Shown: positions 1 to 14,308, counted from the first letter of the stretch. The stretch: DNA of 64,000 nt from the human T2T-CHM13v2.0 reference genome, Homo sapiens (GCF_009914755.1 NC_060940.1); one strand, 5' to 3'. Numbers and translations are program-made. Notes: generated from the sequence alone by a model not told the origin.

Positions 1-1899
1 AGTGCATTCTATGTGGACACTGTGATAAAAGCTATGTCATTTTACAGAGTCAAATATGTCCCAACTTGCTCAGCCTATAAGATAGATGAGGTATGTAGGT
101 AGCAGCCAAGCAAGAGTGGGCAATTGTTCCTAACAGAGAGATCTGTTAGAACATAGTTACCAGGATCTCTTCATTTTGAAAAGCAACCCATCTTATGAGA
201 ACTTTCCAACTGGCTGTGAGTATGTACCAACTTAAGGGGCATGGTGCTCTTCTCTGTTCTATGTAGGACAAATTTCTGCAGAAAGTGAGACTGGCACTGA
301 ATAAAGTATAGAAAGCAGATCTTTCTTGTAGGAGAAAAGGCATGGAATGCCACGATGGCAGCACTCTACTGGAGGTGCACCTCAGGGATGCTAATCTTAC
401 AAAAACTAATGTGCAAGTTGACAGTAAATCTCTAGGAGAATGCAGTGCACAAAGACCCAAACACAGATCACCAGCAGGAGAGACTAAGAGAATCATGTCA
501 AAGAAGGAGGACACCAGACAGACTTTGGAAAGCCCATTGGACAATAGGGAGCCATGACAGATTCTTGAGGAGAGGAGAGTTAGAGTGAGGAGAGAATGCA
601 AGATGAGACAAAAAAGAACATTGAGCCAATTATCAGTGACATCCCGGAAGCCAGACTATCAGCTTTTCTTACAATTCCCAACTCCTTGAGTCTGAGAGAT
701 CTTATGTAGTTTTTTTATTAACATTGACAATATTGTGAACTTTATTCACTTAATCTCCATTAAAGTCATTGAGGATGGTGCACTGACTTTTTAAACTAAA
801 AAAAAAAAAAAAAAAGAAAAATCCTGAAAATAGATTCTCAAAACTCAGTCCAACCATCCAAATACCATCCAAACACGCCGTTAAAGGTTAATAAAAAGTG
901 CATAAACATTGAGGGATTTTTATTCGTATTCTCTATGAATGGCCTGAAAGATTAATTATATTTTAACAAAAATAAATTGTCACACTCTTGAAGCCTGTCA
1001 TTAACATGTGAGTCTTGGTCTATAGATTGGAAGGTAATAAATAAAACTGTAAATAATATCTATACAACTCTTTGCATTTTGCATGACATTTTCACATGCA
1101 TTATGTTATTGGACTTCACAAAACTCCTGAGGACTTGGTATCATAGAGACTCAGAGAGGCTGCAAGTCAGAAGACAACCTCAGGCAGCCTCACTCAAAAC
1201 TCTGCTCTTTCCACAGAATCACTGTACTTCTTATGTTTGAACAAATGGCACGACATATGTGAGATGAAACATGACATGAAGCCAGATAATATCATAACCA
1301 AGCTGAAACACCAGGCAAGGCCAGGGTATAACACAGACTTGCCACAAAGCCAAAGCAAGGATGGGCTCTCTCTCTTATTCCAGGTCCAGAAATGCTAAAA
1401 TAAAAGCTTCCAGTGAAGAATAGGCCTAGATCATCTGAAAAATGTATCTGGTGTGAAGAATGCAATTTCCATTCCCTAAATGGTAAGGCATCATGGACTA
1501 TTTCACACTGGGTTCAATCGCAGCATCAAGGATTATTGTCCAAAGCCTGGATCAGGCAGATCCTACCACATCCTGTAGCCAGGTACATTCTAGACCAGCA
1601 AAACCAGGGAAGGAAGCAGGCTAGAGGTTTCCTGATATGAAATAAAGGAACAAGCTTTGAAATGAACTCTTTCAAACCCTTATCCTGCTCCAATAAAAAT
1701 CTCCACATCTCCCAGCCAGGTTAATTGGACACACAGCCACCCATGGCTGCCAACAACCTTCAGTGCCCACGATGCAAATACAAAACAGACACTCCCACTG
1801 GCCACTGCGCTGCAACTAGCTTGCCTGTTCATTTAGGGAAATGACGTCTCTCCATCAGGAACCTCAGGGAAGAGGAATCAACAGGTTTGGATGCAGCCA

Positions 1900-2045
1900 T
1901 ATGCCAGGTACCATGCTAGGCCCTTACTAATATTTTCTTACTGGCTTCTCATGAACATTATGCCAAGTTGATACAAAAGCTCTGCTGTGCAGAGAAAGAA
2001 ACTGAGGACCCAAGAATTTAATAAATTCCCCTGTGGTCATAGCTC
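1900..2045 (-). mobile_element. MIR SINE fragment
   Basis: Antisense MIR core (agagaaagaaactgaggacccaagaatttaataaattcccctgtggtcatagc); boundaries approximate. Confidence 0.6.
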
Positions 2046-2263
2046 CCCTATCATTTGCAGGTTAAAAGCTTTGCTCATTTGTGACATCCACAGGATGCAA
2101 TGATGTGACCCCTGCCTATATGCATACCCCACACAGCTGGGATTAAACCCAAGGCCACCTCACACCAAATCCATGTTCCAGTGTTTTCCAAATAAACAAG
2201 TGAATCAAGATATTTCTACCACACCATGCTACCTTTTAATGATGAGATAAACAGGGAGGAAAA

Positions 2264-2546
2264 GGCCAGGTATGGTGGCTCACACCTGTAATCTCAGGAC
2301 TTTGGGAGGCCAAGGCAGAAGGACAGCTTGAGGCTAGGAGTTTGAGACGAGCCTGGGCAACATAGAGAAATCCTGTACCTACCAAAAAAAAAAAATCTTA
2401 AAAATTGATAGGCACAGAGACATACAACTGTAGTCCTAACTACTCTGGAGGCTGAGGTGGGAGGATCACTGGAGCCCAGGAGTTCAAGGCTTTAGTGAGC
2501 TATAATCATACCACCACACTCCAACCTGGGTGACAGAGCAAGACCC
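2264..2546 (+). mobile_element. AluJ SINE
   Basis: GGCCAGGTATGGTGGCTCACACCTGTAATC start, dimeric structure, J-type motifs (aggatcactggagcccaggagttcaaggct). Confidence 0.95.
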
Positions 2547-2547
2547 A

Positions 2548-2665
2548 GGAAGGAAGGAAGGAAGGAAGGAAGGAAGGAAGGAAGGAAGGAAGGAAGGAAG
2601 GAAGGAAGGAAGGAAAGGAGGAAAGGAGGAAGGGAGGGATGGGGAGGGGAGGGGGAAGAGGAAGG
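2548..2665 (+). repeat. (GGAA)17 microsatellite (2548-2615) followed by GA-rich tract, in place of the Alu A-tail
   Basis: Direct count of uninterrupted GGAA units. Confidence 0.97.
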
Positions 2666-3349
2666 ATTTACATTAGGATGAGAAAAAGAATAAAAACAAT
2701 TGGAATAATTGAACCAAGCTTGGAAACAACCAGAGTATTACTAATATCAGTTGCCTGGACCCAGACTGTCCCTGGAGAATTATCCGAGGAAAGCAACTAC
2801 ACCATTTGAAATGTGTCCGGGATGCTGACACCTCATGGAAAATATGGCTCCAGTGAGACTTAACATCGTGGTCTGATGAGGGAATGTGGAGAAGAACACA
2901 GAAGCTACCATCCTCCTTGGTCACCGGGCAGCCCTGTTTGACGTGACTTTCACTGTGGGAGACACTCCCCTCTCCTGACAAAGAGCAGCCCGTGTCAAGG
3001 CTGAGTCCTGCTGCATAGCACCGCTGATGGTTGTGACTTGAATCCTGTGCAAAGGCCAATCGCCAGTCCCCAGACACATAGTCACAGCCTCAGGAAGCTC
3101 AGTGCCCACATGAGGGTGAGTGACATGTACAGCAGGTGACTTGTTGGCTCTTTGGAATCCAGAGTGGAACTGGCCATTATGAAGTGTCTACAGGGGGTGG
3201 GGCCAGCATGGGCAGATTGATGCTTGGCTATCATTTTGGTACACGTCAACATTTCATATGAGACTCGGTCCCAGTTTTATCCCCTTCCTCTCCAGCCTAA
3301 CCACTGCCATTATCCTAAGGGACATGCATAGAGTAGACCTAGCCAACTG

Positions 3350-3560
3350 CTGTTAGGGTGCTAAGAGCAGCAATTGGGAGTGGAAGACACCACCTGGTTT
3401 CACATCCCAGCTGTTAACAATGACTAATCATGGTGCCCTGAGCAAGTTGCTTCTTCCCTCTATGCCTCAGTGTCCCATCTTTAAAATAGGGATTGGTATA
3501 AGATTTAAGGAGAGAATCCATCTAAAGCATTGAGTGTTGTACTTAGAACCACGTTCATAG
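3350..3560 (+). mobile_element. MIR SINE
   Basis: taagagc...cctggtttcacatcccagc...ccctgagcaagttgcttcttccctctatgcctcagtgtcccatctttaaaataggg matches MIR core. Confidence 0.75.
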
Positions 3561-5130
3561 TCATTTTCACTTCTACTCTGCTGTCAACCACCAACATCCT
3601 GGACCTCAAGATCACCCAGAAGTTTCTGGCTCTAAAATCTTAAAATCTAATGCCTGACTCCAGCCTACTTCCTCTCAGCTCCTTTAATCATGAGGCATCC
3701 TTTGTCTGACTTTATCATGATGTCTAGTCCCCCAGGTTGTTCTCTAAATACATCAGCTCCCAGCCTAATCCTCCCTTCATGCCGCTGCTATCATCCATCA
3801 CTCAGTCATTCTTTGAGCTCTTGCTCTGTAGCGCCTCTGCCGCAATTTCCAAGAGCACCCAACCATCTGCCCCTGTTGCTGCCCCACTGGCCCCTCCTCA
3901 TGCTGGAGAAAATGACCCAGCCATGCCCTCTCCTGGGTCCCATCCCAGCTGTGACATTGGCACACCTCGGTCTCCAGGCAGATCCCCTCCATTGTTCTAA
4001 GCAGACTTGCTCCATCCACTGTCCTCAAGCCTCCAGCCCCAGCTCCATGCCCAGCTTACAGCAGATGGCCCCACTTTCTACCCTAAAGTGATCATTAGAG
4101 GGGTTGGGTATAAACTTCTCCAACATTTTGCTTCACTGCCCACACATTGAGGAGCCTCCACATCTCTTCTTACCATATCCTCCTCATTGGAAGATGTGTC
4201 TGCTGCCACCTTGCTCTGTGCCTGGGCATCACTCAGGATTTTTGCTCATCAATTGTCACTTCTGCATTCTGTATGGCCCGGCTTCCCTCCACCAGGAAGA
4301 ACATTTCCCTTCAGCATATCAATGTGCTCAGAAGGCTGGGCACAGTGGCTCACGCCTATAATCCCAGCACTTTGGGAGGCCAAGATGGGTGGATCACTTG
4401 AAGTCAGGAGTTTGAGACCACCCTGACCAACATGGTGAAACCTCATCTCTACTAAAAACACAAAAATTAGCTGGACGTGGTGGCGCACACCTGTTATCCC
4501 AGCTACTCGAGAGGCTGAGGCAGGAGAGTCACTTGAACACAGGCAGCAGAAGCTGCAGTGAGCCAAGATTGCACCACTGGGTGACAGAGGGAGACTCCAT
4601 CTCAAAAAAAAAAATTAAAATTAAACAAAAAAACTAAAAATAAAAAAAATATGTTCAGAGCTCCTACAGCTCAAAAATAAAACAAAAAATCTCCCTTGGC
4701 CTTCTCTCTCCTTCTGGCTCCAACACACAGACAAGCTTCTTCAAATAGTTATCTATACTTCCCTCTCTGCTCCCTCACCCTCTACTAGCCCTGCAGTCTG
4801 TCTTTCCATGAAATTGCTCTAAGGTCAGTAACAAATGTGGAGTTGCACTCGACTCCCTTCTCTTCCTCACTTCTGTCCAATCATTAAAAGTTCCATCAAT
4901 CCAGACTTTATCTGCTTAATAGCTTTTAAATCCTTTCCATCTCTCCATGCATCAGTGATGTGTTCTGGCCTTCCAAGCTCATCCACAGACATCTACTTAA
5001 TACCCTCAACTCGGGCCCCCACTCCATGCCAAAGAAAGAAAATAGAAATGTTATTCTCCTTGCTCAGCATTCTAAAATAGTCCCCACTGCATAGCAGGAC
5101 AAAAATCTACTCTCCTCTGCATGGTGGCCA
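3560..5130 (+). mobile_element. Degraded L2 LINE fragments (interrupted by an Alu)
   Basis: C/T-rich L2-like text (ccatgaaattgctctaaggtcagtaac; ccttgctcagcattctaaaatagtccccactgcatagcaggacaaaaatc); boundaries uncertain. Confidence 0.45.
4334..4649 (+). mobile_element. AluS SINE
   Basis: GGCTGGGCACAGTGGCTCACGCC start, S-type body, small deletion near 3' end, A-rich tail. Confidence 0.95.
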
Positions 5131-6317
5131 AGGAAGACCCTTGTTGGCCTAGCAGTAGTGAACATGTCACCAAAAGGAATAACTGAAGTATGAAAACTAA
5201 GAATCTAACTGGACATAACTGCCCCTCAGCCACAGGCATATCCCCCTTTCATAAAATGCTTTTAGTAGGAGATAAAAAGTTTTTCAGAAATTTCAGAGAA
5301 AATTTATCAAATATGGCCCAAATTGAAATTTTTATGGCATAATAGAAATATCCTTTTTTCAGGAATTATTTTTATGTAGTTATTTCTCTAGACAGTTCTT
5401 CCTACCACAGAGGGTGCCACCCAACAGAGAAGTTGCTATAAGAGGCAATTTTCATATGATCTGGATGTTACCTCATGTGGTATTTGCAAGTTCAGGATCA
5501 AAGTGTCCTTCTTTCCTTCTGCCCACAGAATAACCAACAATTTGTTCCAATGCTCAACTCTCAAATTCCAGCATTCTGATTTAGAAATACAGGACAGTCA
5601 TTATTATCCTCCTTTCCAGATGAGAGCCTTGAAATTCAAAAAAAAAAAAAAGGATTTTCCTTAGGTTTCATGTACAGTGCCCATAGCAGAGTTGGGACCA
5701 AAGCCTGGTTCTTCACCACTGTGGGGTGGGGTGTCTGCCCCCAGGAGCCTGGGGTCCACAAGGTCCCATATGAGAAACCCCTTAGGATTGGGGACCCCAT
5801 GTGAGTTAGCACAGAGGGTGTGAAAGATATAAAGTCCTGGTTAACCATACAGTTATGTGATGAGGAGGACAGGACGGAAGAGGAGACAACAGAAGAGGAT
5901 CCAAAAAAAAGAGTAGGGAAGAGATGTGCCAGCCCCAGGAATCCCAGGACAGAGAGGAAGCAGGACATGCTGAACTCTCGACTTTGGCCCCACCAGGAAA
6001 CAGAGCCCTGTGCTCACTGCTCTGACTGGGGGAAGCACTGTGTTGCCTCAGAGTCAGAAATCATTTCACCAGTGCATTTGGTCCTCGCCCTAGAATACCA
6101 AACAGAAGGTAGTCAGATAATCACACTTTCATTTTTGTTTCCTTCCCATCAGCATTCTACTAAGCCAGTTAGCCATTCTAAATTACTTCAGACCTCTGGT
6201 GGCCAGGCCAACTCCATGCTGAATTGCCCTGCCATTCAAGCCAAATGTACAACACCATTGACATTACTACACAGCCTGCTATGCAGCAAGGATTCACTTC
6301 CTTTGCTAGTGTATGTG

Positions 6318-6333
6318 CACACACACACACACA
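6318..6333 (+). repeat. short (CA)n microsatellite
   Basis: cacacacacacacac run. Confidence 0.85.
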
Positions 6334-6749
6334 CGTTTTCACAACATGTTTTCCATAACCACAATCTCAGAGTCAATTAATGACCAGATTCTCCACCCAG
6401 TTGCTCAGCTTCAAAGTGAGGGATCTGCTTCAGTTCTCCTTTCTAGGCATCCCATAGCATCAAGTCTATCTAATCCCATTGATGTCTCCCTCTCCCCAAT
6501 CCCCACACTCCCTGCCTTGCCCTAGAACCTCCTTCCTCCTCATCCCTCACCTGGATTGTGTCTTCCTGATCCTCTTCTCCCTTCCACACAACCACTGGAC
6601 GAGCATCTCTGAAACAAAATATGACCACATAATTCCTCTGCTTAACTTCCTTCAATTCCATTGCCCACAACAACAAATCCCAAGCTGATGTCATCAGCCA
6701 CATCAATGAAGTCCAACTCTTCAGCTTGCTCATAATTGAAGGGCAAATA

Positions 6750-7255
6750 TTCATTAATTCATCTACTCAACGAATATGCACTCAGTGTCTACTCCTTGCC
6801 AGTGCTGTTCTAGGTACTTGGATAAATCAGAGGCAATGATCCCTGCCTTTATGGAGCTTACATTCCAGCTGAAGGAGAAAGCCATGATTAATAACCCTAT
6901 AAGGAGGTATATTACAAAGTATGTTAGAAGATGGTAAATGCTATGGAAAAAGGAAGAAGTAGGACAGGGGAAAAAGGATCTAGAGTTCTGGAGATGGGGT
7001 GGGAGGGTTGCAAAACTAGGTGGTCCAAATCAGCCTAAATAACACTGGAGTAGACTTGGAAGAAGTGGGATTGTTAGTGTCAAGGTTCTCAAAGCAAAGA
7101 TCACTCCTGGCAGTTTTCATTGGAAAAGCCAATGCAAAAGCCCTGAGGTGAGAGTTCAGCTGGGATACTGGAGGAACAGCATAGAAACCAGTGTGGCCAA
7201 AGTGAACAAGAAGGAGAGGATAAGGAGACGCCATGAGAGAGGGAAAGGGCCGCAT
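6750..7255 (-). mobile_element. L2 LINE 3' region
   Basis: attcatctactcaacgaatatgcactcagtgtctactccttgccagtgctgttctagg...atccctgcctttatggagcttacattc is the antisense L2 3' end. Confidence 0.8.
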
Positions 7256-7816
7256 CATGATCCTCTGTCATTCCCCAGCCTGACCCTCATGTGTCTTTTC
7301 TCTAACACTTGTCAATGCTGCAACTCCCCCAAAGATTGGCTTTCCTCATGCCTTAGAGCCTGTGCCTATGTCCTGATGCCATGGTTGTCTGACCACAATC
7401 CCCTTCCCCAGCCCAGAGCCCTGACCATCGCATTCTCTATGTTCCCATATTCCTTGACCATAATGTTATTATATACTAAATGCACTGAATGCAATTACCC
7501 CACTCACTCCCTGGCTATATTACCCACTGGACAGAGCTCCTGCAGGAAAGAAATTCCATCATCTCATGCCTCTCTTTTTTCTTAGGAAGGACCACCTGGC
7601 TGGCTAAAGAATGAGTGGATGGAAAGAGAATGGGCAGTAGAAGGTTAGGTAGAGGTTAAGTTGAAAAATGCTGCTTTGCCTGAAAACTGAGATTATCTTG
7701 GCCAGATATGACACTGAACCTCTTTGAATCTCAGTTTCCCTATATGTAAAATGAATATAGCAATCCTGGCTTTGCCTGCATTCCAGAGTGATTCTGTACA
7801 TCAAAAAAGAGACTAG

Positions 7817-8123
7817 GGCCAGGCTTGGTGGCTCACATCTATAATCCCAGCCCTTGGGGAGGCTGATGAGGGAGAATCACTGGGGGTTAGGGGTTTGAGA
7901 CCAGCTTACCCAACATAACAAGACCCCAAATCTATAAAAAGTAAAAAATAAAAAATAAAATTAGCCTGGGCATGGTGGCTTGTGCCTGTAGTCCCAGCTA
8001 CCAGGAAGGCTGAAATGTGGGAGGATCAGATCACTTGTTCCCAGGAGTTTGAAACTGCAGTGAAGTGTGATCGCACCACTGCACTCTTCCCTGGGCAACA
8101 AGTCAAGACCCTATCTCTAAAAA
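7817..8123 (+). mobile_element. AluJ SINE
   Basis: Diverged dimeric Alu with J-type features; aaaaagaga on both flanks as a likely TSD. Confidence 0.93.
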
Positions 8124-9296
8124 GAGAGAGATTCCATATGCATACCTTATAGATTTGGGGTGGGGGGGCCCAAGGGCAGAAGATCATCACTATTGTTCTC
8201 ATTGCTGTTAATTACAAAATCCTGTGTTCCTGTTTATAAAAATTATAAAATCCTGGATGCCTCTGGTTCCAATTATAACCCAGTGATGTGTCCTTGGTTC
8301 CAGCAGAGGCAATGCTGGGGTAAAGTTTATCTTGTGTCACATGCAATTTGTTCTCAAAATGGAGCAAGGAGAGCCTGACTCTCCATGGAAAAGAGCCCTT
8401 GGGTGATAAATTAGGAAGATCTTTCAATGCATCCCAACCCTTTTCTGTGCAGGCAGGGCTGGCAGGCACCAGCTGTCTGAGCCACACCTGCCGTGGGAAC
8501 GCCAACCAGCCCTCCTCCCCCAACAAATCCTACCCTCACAAATTGTCAAAAAGGCATCATGACAGATAGAGCTCCCGCATGCCACAAGGTAAGTGTTTAA
8601 ATCTTTTATAAGACAGTCAATGGCCTTTATAAACCCTCAGACGAGAATTACAGTGTCTGAGACAGAGCTGAAAGTCAATGGGAAATTGATTCTGTCTAGC
8701 TGGTGCTGTTTCAAAAAGGAGGCTTGCTGGGTGCCTTCGGGACCAAACGTGCCATCTCCAATCTGCCCCCAGGGCCCGGCGTGTCACATGCTGAGAATGC
8801 TGTGATGCCAAGGCCCATTTCTGGGCAGAGGAACACCAACTAGGCAGCCGCAGGCTCCCACCACAGGAAGGCCCTGGAGAGCATTGACGAGCACCGGGGA
8901 TGGTTACAAAGTGTGTTTACCTTCCCAGAAATTGATGTCAGTACCAATCTGATGTCATTGCCTGCACCCCAGGCAGGGAATCCAGAGGATGATAAACAGC
9001 CATTGATCTGGTGGCCACCATCGGCAGGGCACACCTAAAATTACTCTCCTTTGCTAATGACGCCATTAGCCATTGGATCAAACACAGTTACAGGGTGTGA
9101 TGATGCTGTGGTTATTTCTTTGCCAATACCTATCAGCCTGATCCATACCATCTGCCAGGGGGATGCCAAATCTGGCAGCAAAAACCCTCTGTTTGGGATG
9201 AGGGAAGACCAAGGGTCACAGCCTGGTCACAGCCTAGTCACGACAAGGATGTCTCTGGGGCCAAGGTGAGTGCATGGACTTTGACAGATAAATTAA

Positions 9297-9659
<363 letters not shown>

Positions 9660-10810
9660 TCAGGTAGACTTGAGTGGAGCTCTGCTTACCATCCTGTGCT
9701 AAAACCAGAATATGAGAAAGCAGATAGTGCTCTCTCACAGAAGCAGACAGCCTGAATCAAGCAATGAAAATGGTAACTCAGTCTTGAGTACTGACCAGGT
9801 GCCAGATTCTGGAGCCACCACTTGTCATCCGTCACCTCGATCCTTCCCTACCATCTTGAGATGTACAAGGTATTATCTCCATTTTCTAAGTAAGGACACT
9901 GGAGCCCAAGGGATTTCAAGAGATCGATTCTTCCAATGAGAGCAAACACTGAGCTTATGTTTATTGCAGGCCTGTTCTGTGCTGGGCACCCTCCAAGGGA
10001 CCCAGCTATGAGCCATGCAAGACAGACGCAACTCCAAGGTCAGGCTTGTGGCAAAACCCAGACTGGAGTCAAGGTCTCCTGAAGTCATGTGCTGTATCCC
10101 CTCCCCTGCAATTTTCCCCAATAGGAAGGACTTCTCAGTCCTTCCCCAGCTCAAGGTGCCCTTTGTATTTCTCCAGACTCTTCACCTTAGTTTTCGGATG
10201 AGGTCAAGGGAAGTTCTGATACTTTCCCAAGGCCACACAGTGGGCAGGAAAAGAAGCTGCAATCTTGAAATGAGATCAGTAGAATTTCAGGTCAAGTCTG
10301 TTTTCTTCATGGCTGCTTGTTTCCTGAAATATTGCACTTTATCCCCCCACCCCAGGTCTAAAAGAAGCCAGCAGTGCACAATGTGCCATAGACAGTGGTA
10401 GACAGGCAGAAGGTGAAGGTCTCTGTGCACTGCTCAGAAATATTTGCATGGCCTACAAGGAGAACCATCTTATCAGATCAGCTAAAGGGGTGGAATGGAT
10501 TAGCACCCCAGCATACCACTTTTGGTTAAGTAACACCATTGGTACTACATGGTCAGGTGTCTTTAAACTGCAATAAAGGAGCTTTATTTGAAAACCCTTC
10601 AGGGTGACAGAAAAACAGTCATTTCTCACAACAGCTGTCTACCCAAGGCAGGCTTGGCGAAGAAAAGCAAGTATCACTGGCTGTTATGAAGGGGTGGGAG
10701 CAGGAGCAGTGTGGTGGTAGGATTATTAAGGATGAGGTCAGGCAGGAAGGGACAGCAAAGGCGAACTTCCCTGTTGTCAGACAGAGACACAAATAAACAC
10801 TTGCTGGCAG

Positions 10811-10854
10811 CTGGAAATTCAGTTCGTAAACCCTGCAAAATGAGAAAAACCTAG
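10811..10854 (+). repeat. 44-bp unique segment, donor of the copy inserted in the Alu at 11881-11924
   Basis: ctggaaattcagttcgtaaaccctgcaaaatgagaaaaacctag; 43/44 identical to 11881-11924. Confidence 0.95.
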
Positions 10855-11192
10855 TATGCTCAGAAAAGGCATATTTTCTGACAGGATGAGACAACACAGA
10901 GCTGGATTCAAGCCAAGAGCCACTCAGCTGTTTGAGTACACAGTGAGAGGCTCAGAGCTCAACTTCAGTCTTTCCTTCCTGGAAAATGGGCATAAAGCAA
11001 AGACCTACATGTTTAGGGGTCTGATAGATCTTTTCATCTATCAGACAAGTATCCAACACCAGCACTATGCCAGGCACTGGGAAATCAGTTCAGAATGGGA
11101 CAGGCTTGTTCCCTGCTTTCATGGAATTTATCATTTAGCAGCGAAACCAAACATGGAAAAATGCAATTACAAGAGGGCACCCTTGCTTTGAC

Positions 11193-11367
11193 GACTCCTG
11201 GGACAATATCATTCAGACCAAACCAATGAAGATGTTTGAAGCCAAATGTAATGAAGCCAATGAAGGTGTTTAGTTCTTTTGACTTCTAGAAGGAGTAAAT
11301 TGGTGGATCAAGGCGACATTGTCCCCCACAGCTTACAATTGCAACACTTCTTAGAGTCTCGTATTCA
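11193..11367 (+). repeat. Composite of two dispersed direct-repeat segments (A=11193-11259 ~ 12374-12440; B=11261-11367 ~ 13402-13508)
   Basis: Manual alignment: A 63/67, B 94/107 identical, both ungapped. Confidence 0.93.
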
Positions 11368-11819
11368 CACTTGTGGCCAAGGAAACCAGCTGTGTGGGTG
11401 GTCACTTCTTCCAAGACTAGCCAACACACATGTCCCCAGGAGCCAGCGGTGACATAGCTTCATTATTTATTTGGTTAAAAATAAATTGTTCTTATTTATT
11501 AAATTATGTTTTAAAAACCTTAAGACACTACACATGAAATGAAAAAGCCATTTCCACCTATTAAATTGCTTAAAATGAGATCTTCTCTTTGACTTTTGCT
11601 ATTACGGCAATCGTATAAGCATTCCAAGTGTACAGAAAAGATGAATAAATCTGCCAAAATGAAAAAAATTCTACATGGTAGTATGAGGGTCTTCACTAAA
11701 CCTCAGTGTTTTTATTCTATGGGTCCCTTTTGTTAGAAATGAAGTGAGAGGCAAACAATATACATGGAGTATTAAGATTACATAATGTTAGCGCTACTAG
11801 GGACATAAAAGGCAGTAAA

Positions 11820-12158
<339 letters not shown>

Positions 12159-12438
12159 GGCAGCAGAGTCCAACCATGTCATTTGAAGCAGGAGAAAACA
12201 AGTCTTGGAGAGCTGACACACCTTGTTCAATGTCACACAGCCACTTTGTGGTCCAACTGGGACTCCAATTCATAAACCTTGAACCATCAGGACTCAGAAT
12301 TCCTCAGACTGAAATCAATTCCCTAACAGAGTTGGTAGCCATTAGACAATAAGATCATTGAGGGCAAGATATTGACTCCTGGGACGATATCATTCAGAGA
12401 AAACCAGTGAAGATGTTTGAAGCCAAATGTAATGAAGC

Positions 12439-12485
12439 CAGAGTCCAGTTGCTGATTTACATTCCCACCCAATGTTCTGGCACTT
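12439..12485 (+). repeat. 47-bp exact direct repeat (second copy 13645-13691)
   Basis: cagagtccagttgctgatttacattcccacccaatgttctggcactt at both positions. Confidence 0.96.
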
Positions 12486-14138
12486 GGAGTCTCATTGTGC
12501 CTATGACCCTTGTAAGTACCGGGTAGGCATTTCTTAAGCAAAGAAATACATCATTTTCAACATCATTTTAGTGGAATTCTATAAACATTTATAAAGGTAT
12601 CTATTTTAAAACATTTTTATTTGCATTTTAAGTAAAATTTCTATATGGCCAAGCCCCAGACGGGTCCCATGCACGTGTTTTCTAAACAAAAGATGACTAG
12701 TGCTGTGATAATTAATCGGTTGGCATTGACTGAAGCGCTTAATGAAATGAAGCATGAACTGTTTGAGAAAGCAATTGAAAGTCATCATACATGCCATGAA
12801 TCATCTCTTGAATGCACATTTATTAAATCGGAATTCATAACTTTGATATTTTATCTAACAGGTTTGTTACCCTTTTGAGATTCTATTGGTGGATAAAAAA
12901 GAGAGATGTTTCCAGAGCTAAATTGAAGAGGGGTGGGGGAGAAACCAGCCAGACATCAATTAAATAGAGCAGGCAGCAAAATGCCATCACCCAATGTCTG
13001 GGTTTTTTGCTATTGTCTTGAGATAAAATCCAAAGATAACCTTTGCAAGTGAGTAGGCATTGAAGCAGGGTGCACTGCTGAAGGTTTTGGGGGTCTGCCT
13101 GACAACAGGTAGATTTTGTGATGGCTTAGGAGGCAGTGATGAATTTGGGGCTTGCAGACATGATTGCCATTAGGGAAAACTTCAGTCAAGCAAGAGCCAG
13201 ATTGATGCAAAACACTATTTTTACTTCCTCAGGGTGCCAGGGAGCTCGAGGGGAATCAGAATCCTCTCCTAGTTTCAAGCTCTTCAAAGGCACCTGCTCC
13301 TTTTAGTTGAAGCAAATATATATCACATCAATGTCACATCCCAGGACTATTGTCCCAGGCACCTCTTTGGGTGATCAAATGAAAGTGGACTGAGAAGCGT
13401 GTGAAGATATTTAGCTCTTTTGACTGCTGGCAGCAGTAAATTGGTGGATCAAGGTGACACTGTCCCCCATGGCTTACAATTGCAACACTTCTTAGGGTCT
13501 CATATTCATAAAAGCAGACCTGGAATCCTTATAGGCAGCCCTCTTGTGCTGAAAGTAAAGGAGACCTTCCCTTTTAACTGCTTTGACACAATATGACCAT
13601 TCTCCTCCAAAGCCTTTGAAACCCACCTTTTTACCAGCCAGAATCAGAGTCCAGTTGCTGATTTACATTCCCACCCAATGTTCTGGCACTTTCTTTGCAC
13701 AGAACAACACACCCATATAATGACTTTTCTCCATCATAATCTAAGTAGACCGCTAGAACATGCAACAATAGGATCATCACAAGAGTGAACCTGAGCACTG
13801 ACACATTTTGAGAAAATTATATAATGTCTTAGTCATCCTATATGGTAACAGTGCCTCTTCCCCTTTATCTATGTTAAGCAAAGGATATGCAATTTCATTT
13901 CAAAACCAAAGCAAGTAGAAGAAAATGTATATAATTTGAGCAAGGCAAAAATTGCCAATGAATGTAACAAACACAGGCTGCCGAACTCTTCCATTTTTTT
14001 TTTTTAAAGCAAAACTGGACAACAAGGTATTCTACAGAGACACACAAAGTTTGCAATTAAGGTCAACTCCTTGTACTCAATTGGGAGTGAGGGTGAGGAG
14101 GGGCTCCCTGCCCGGGAGGGAGCAGCATTTCTCCAGCA

Positions 14139-14308
14139 CAGAGCTTCTCACACTGAAGGTCTCTCACAACCACCTGATTGCTGGGCCCCAACCCTAAAGT
14201 TCCTGATTTGGTGGGTCTAGGGTGGGGCTCAAGAATTTGCATTTCTAAAAAGTCTCCAGGGAATGTTGATGTTGCCAAACCAGGTACAACAGTTTGAGAA
14301 CCACTACT
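14139..14308. mobile_element. MER5A (hAT-Charlie) DNA transposon
   Basis: gggtggggctcaagaatttgcatttctaaaaagtctccagggaatgttgatg...tttgagaaccact. Confidence 0.8.

Noticed and set aside
100-700. Possible old LTR or 151-aa coding sequence at the window start
   Set aside because: Could not match it to any family with confidence; the ORF has no recognisable features.
4187-4605. ORFs with Alu-type peptides (also at 9.3, 17.5, 18.9, 23.8, 26.4, 37.7 and 59.9 kb)
   Set aside because: Standard Alu translations, not genes.
5820-6380. 186-aa ORF
   Set aside because: Non-ATG start, runs through a CA repeat, no recognisable domain, no supporting exon structure.
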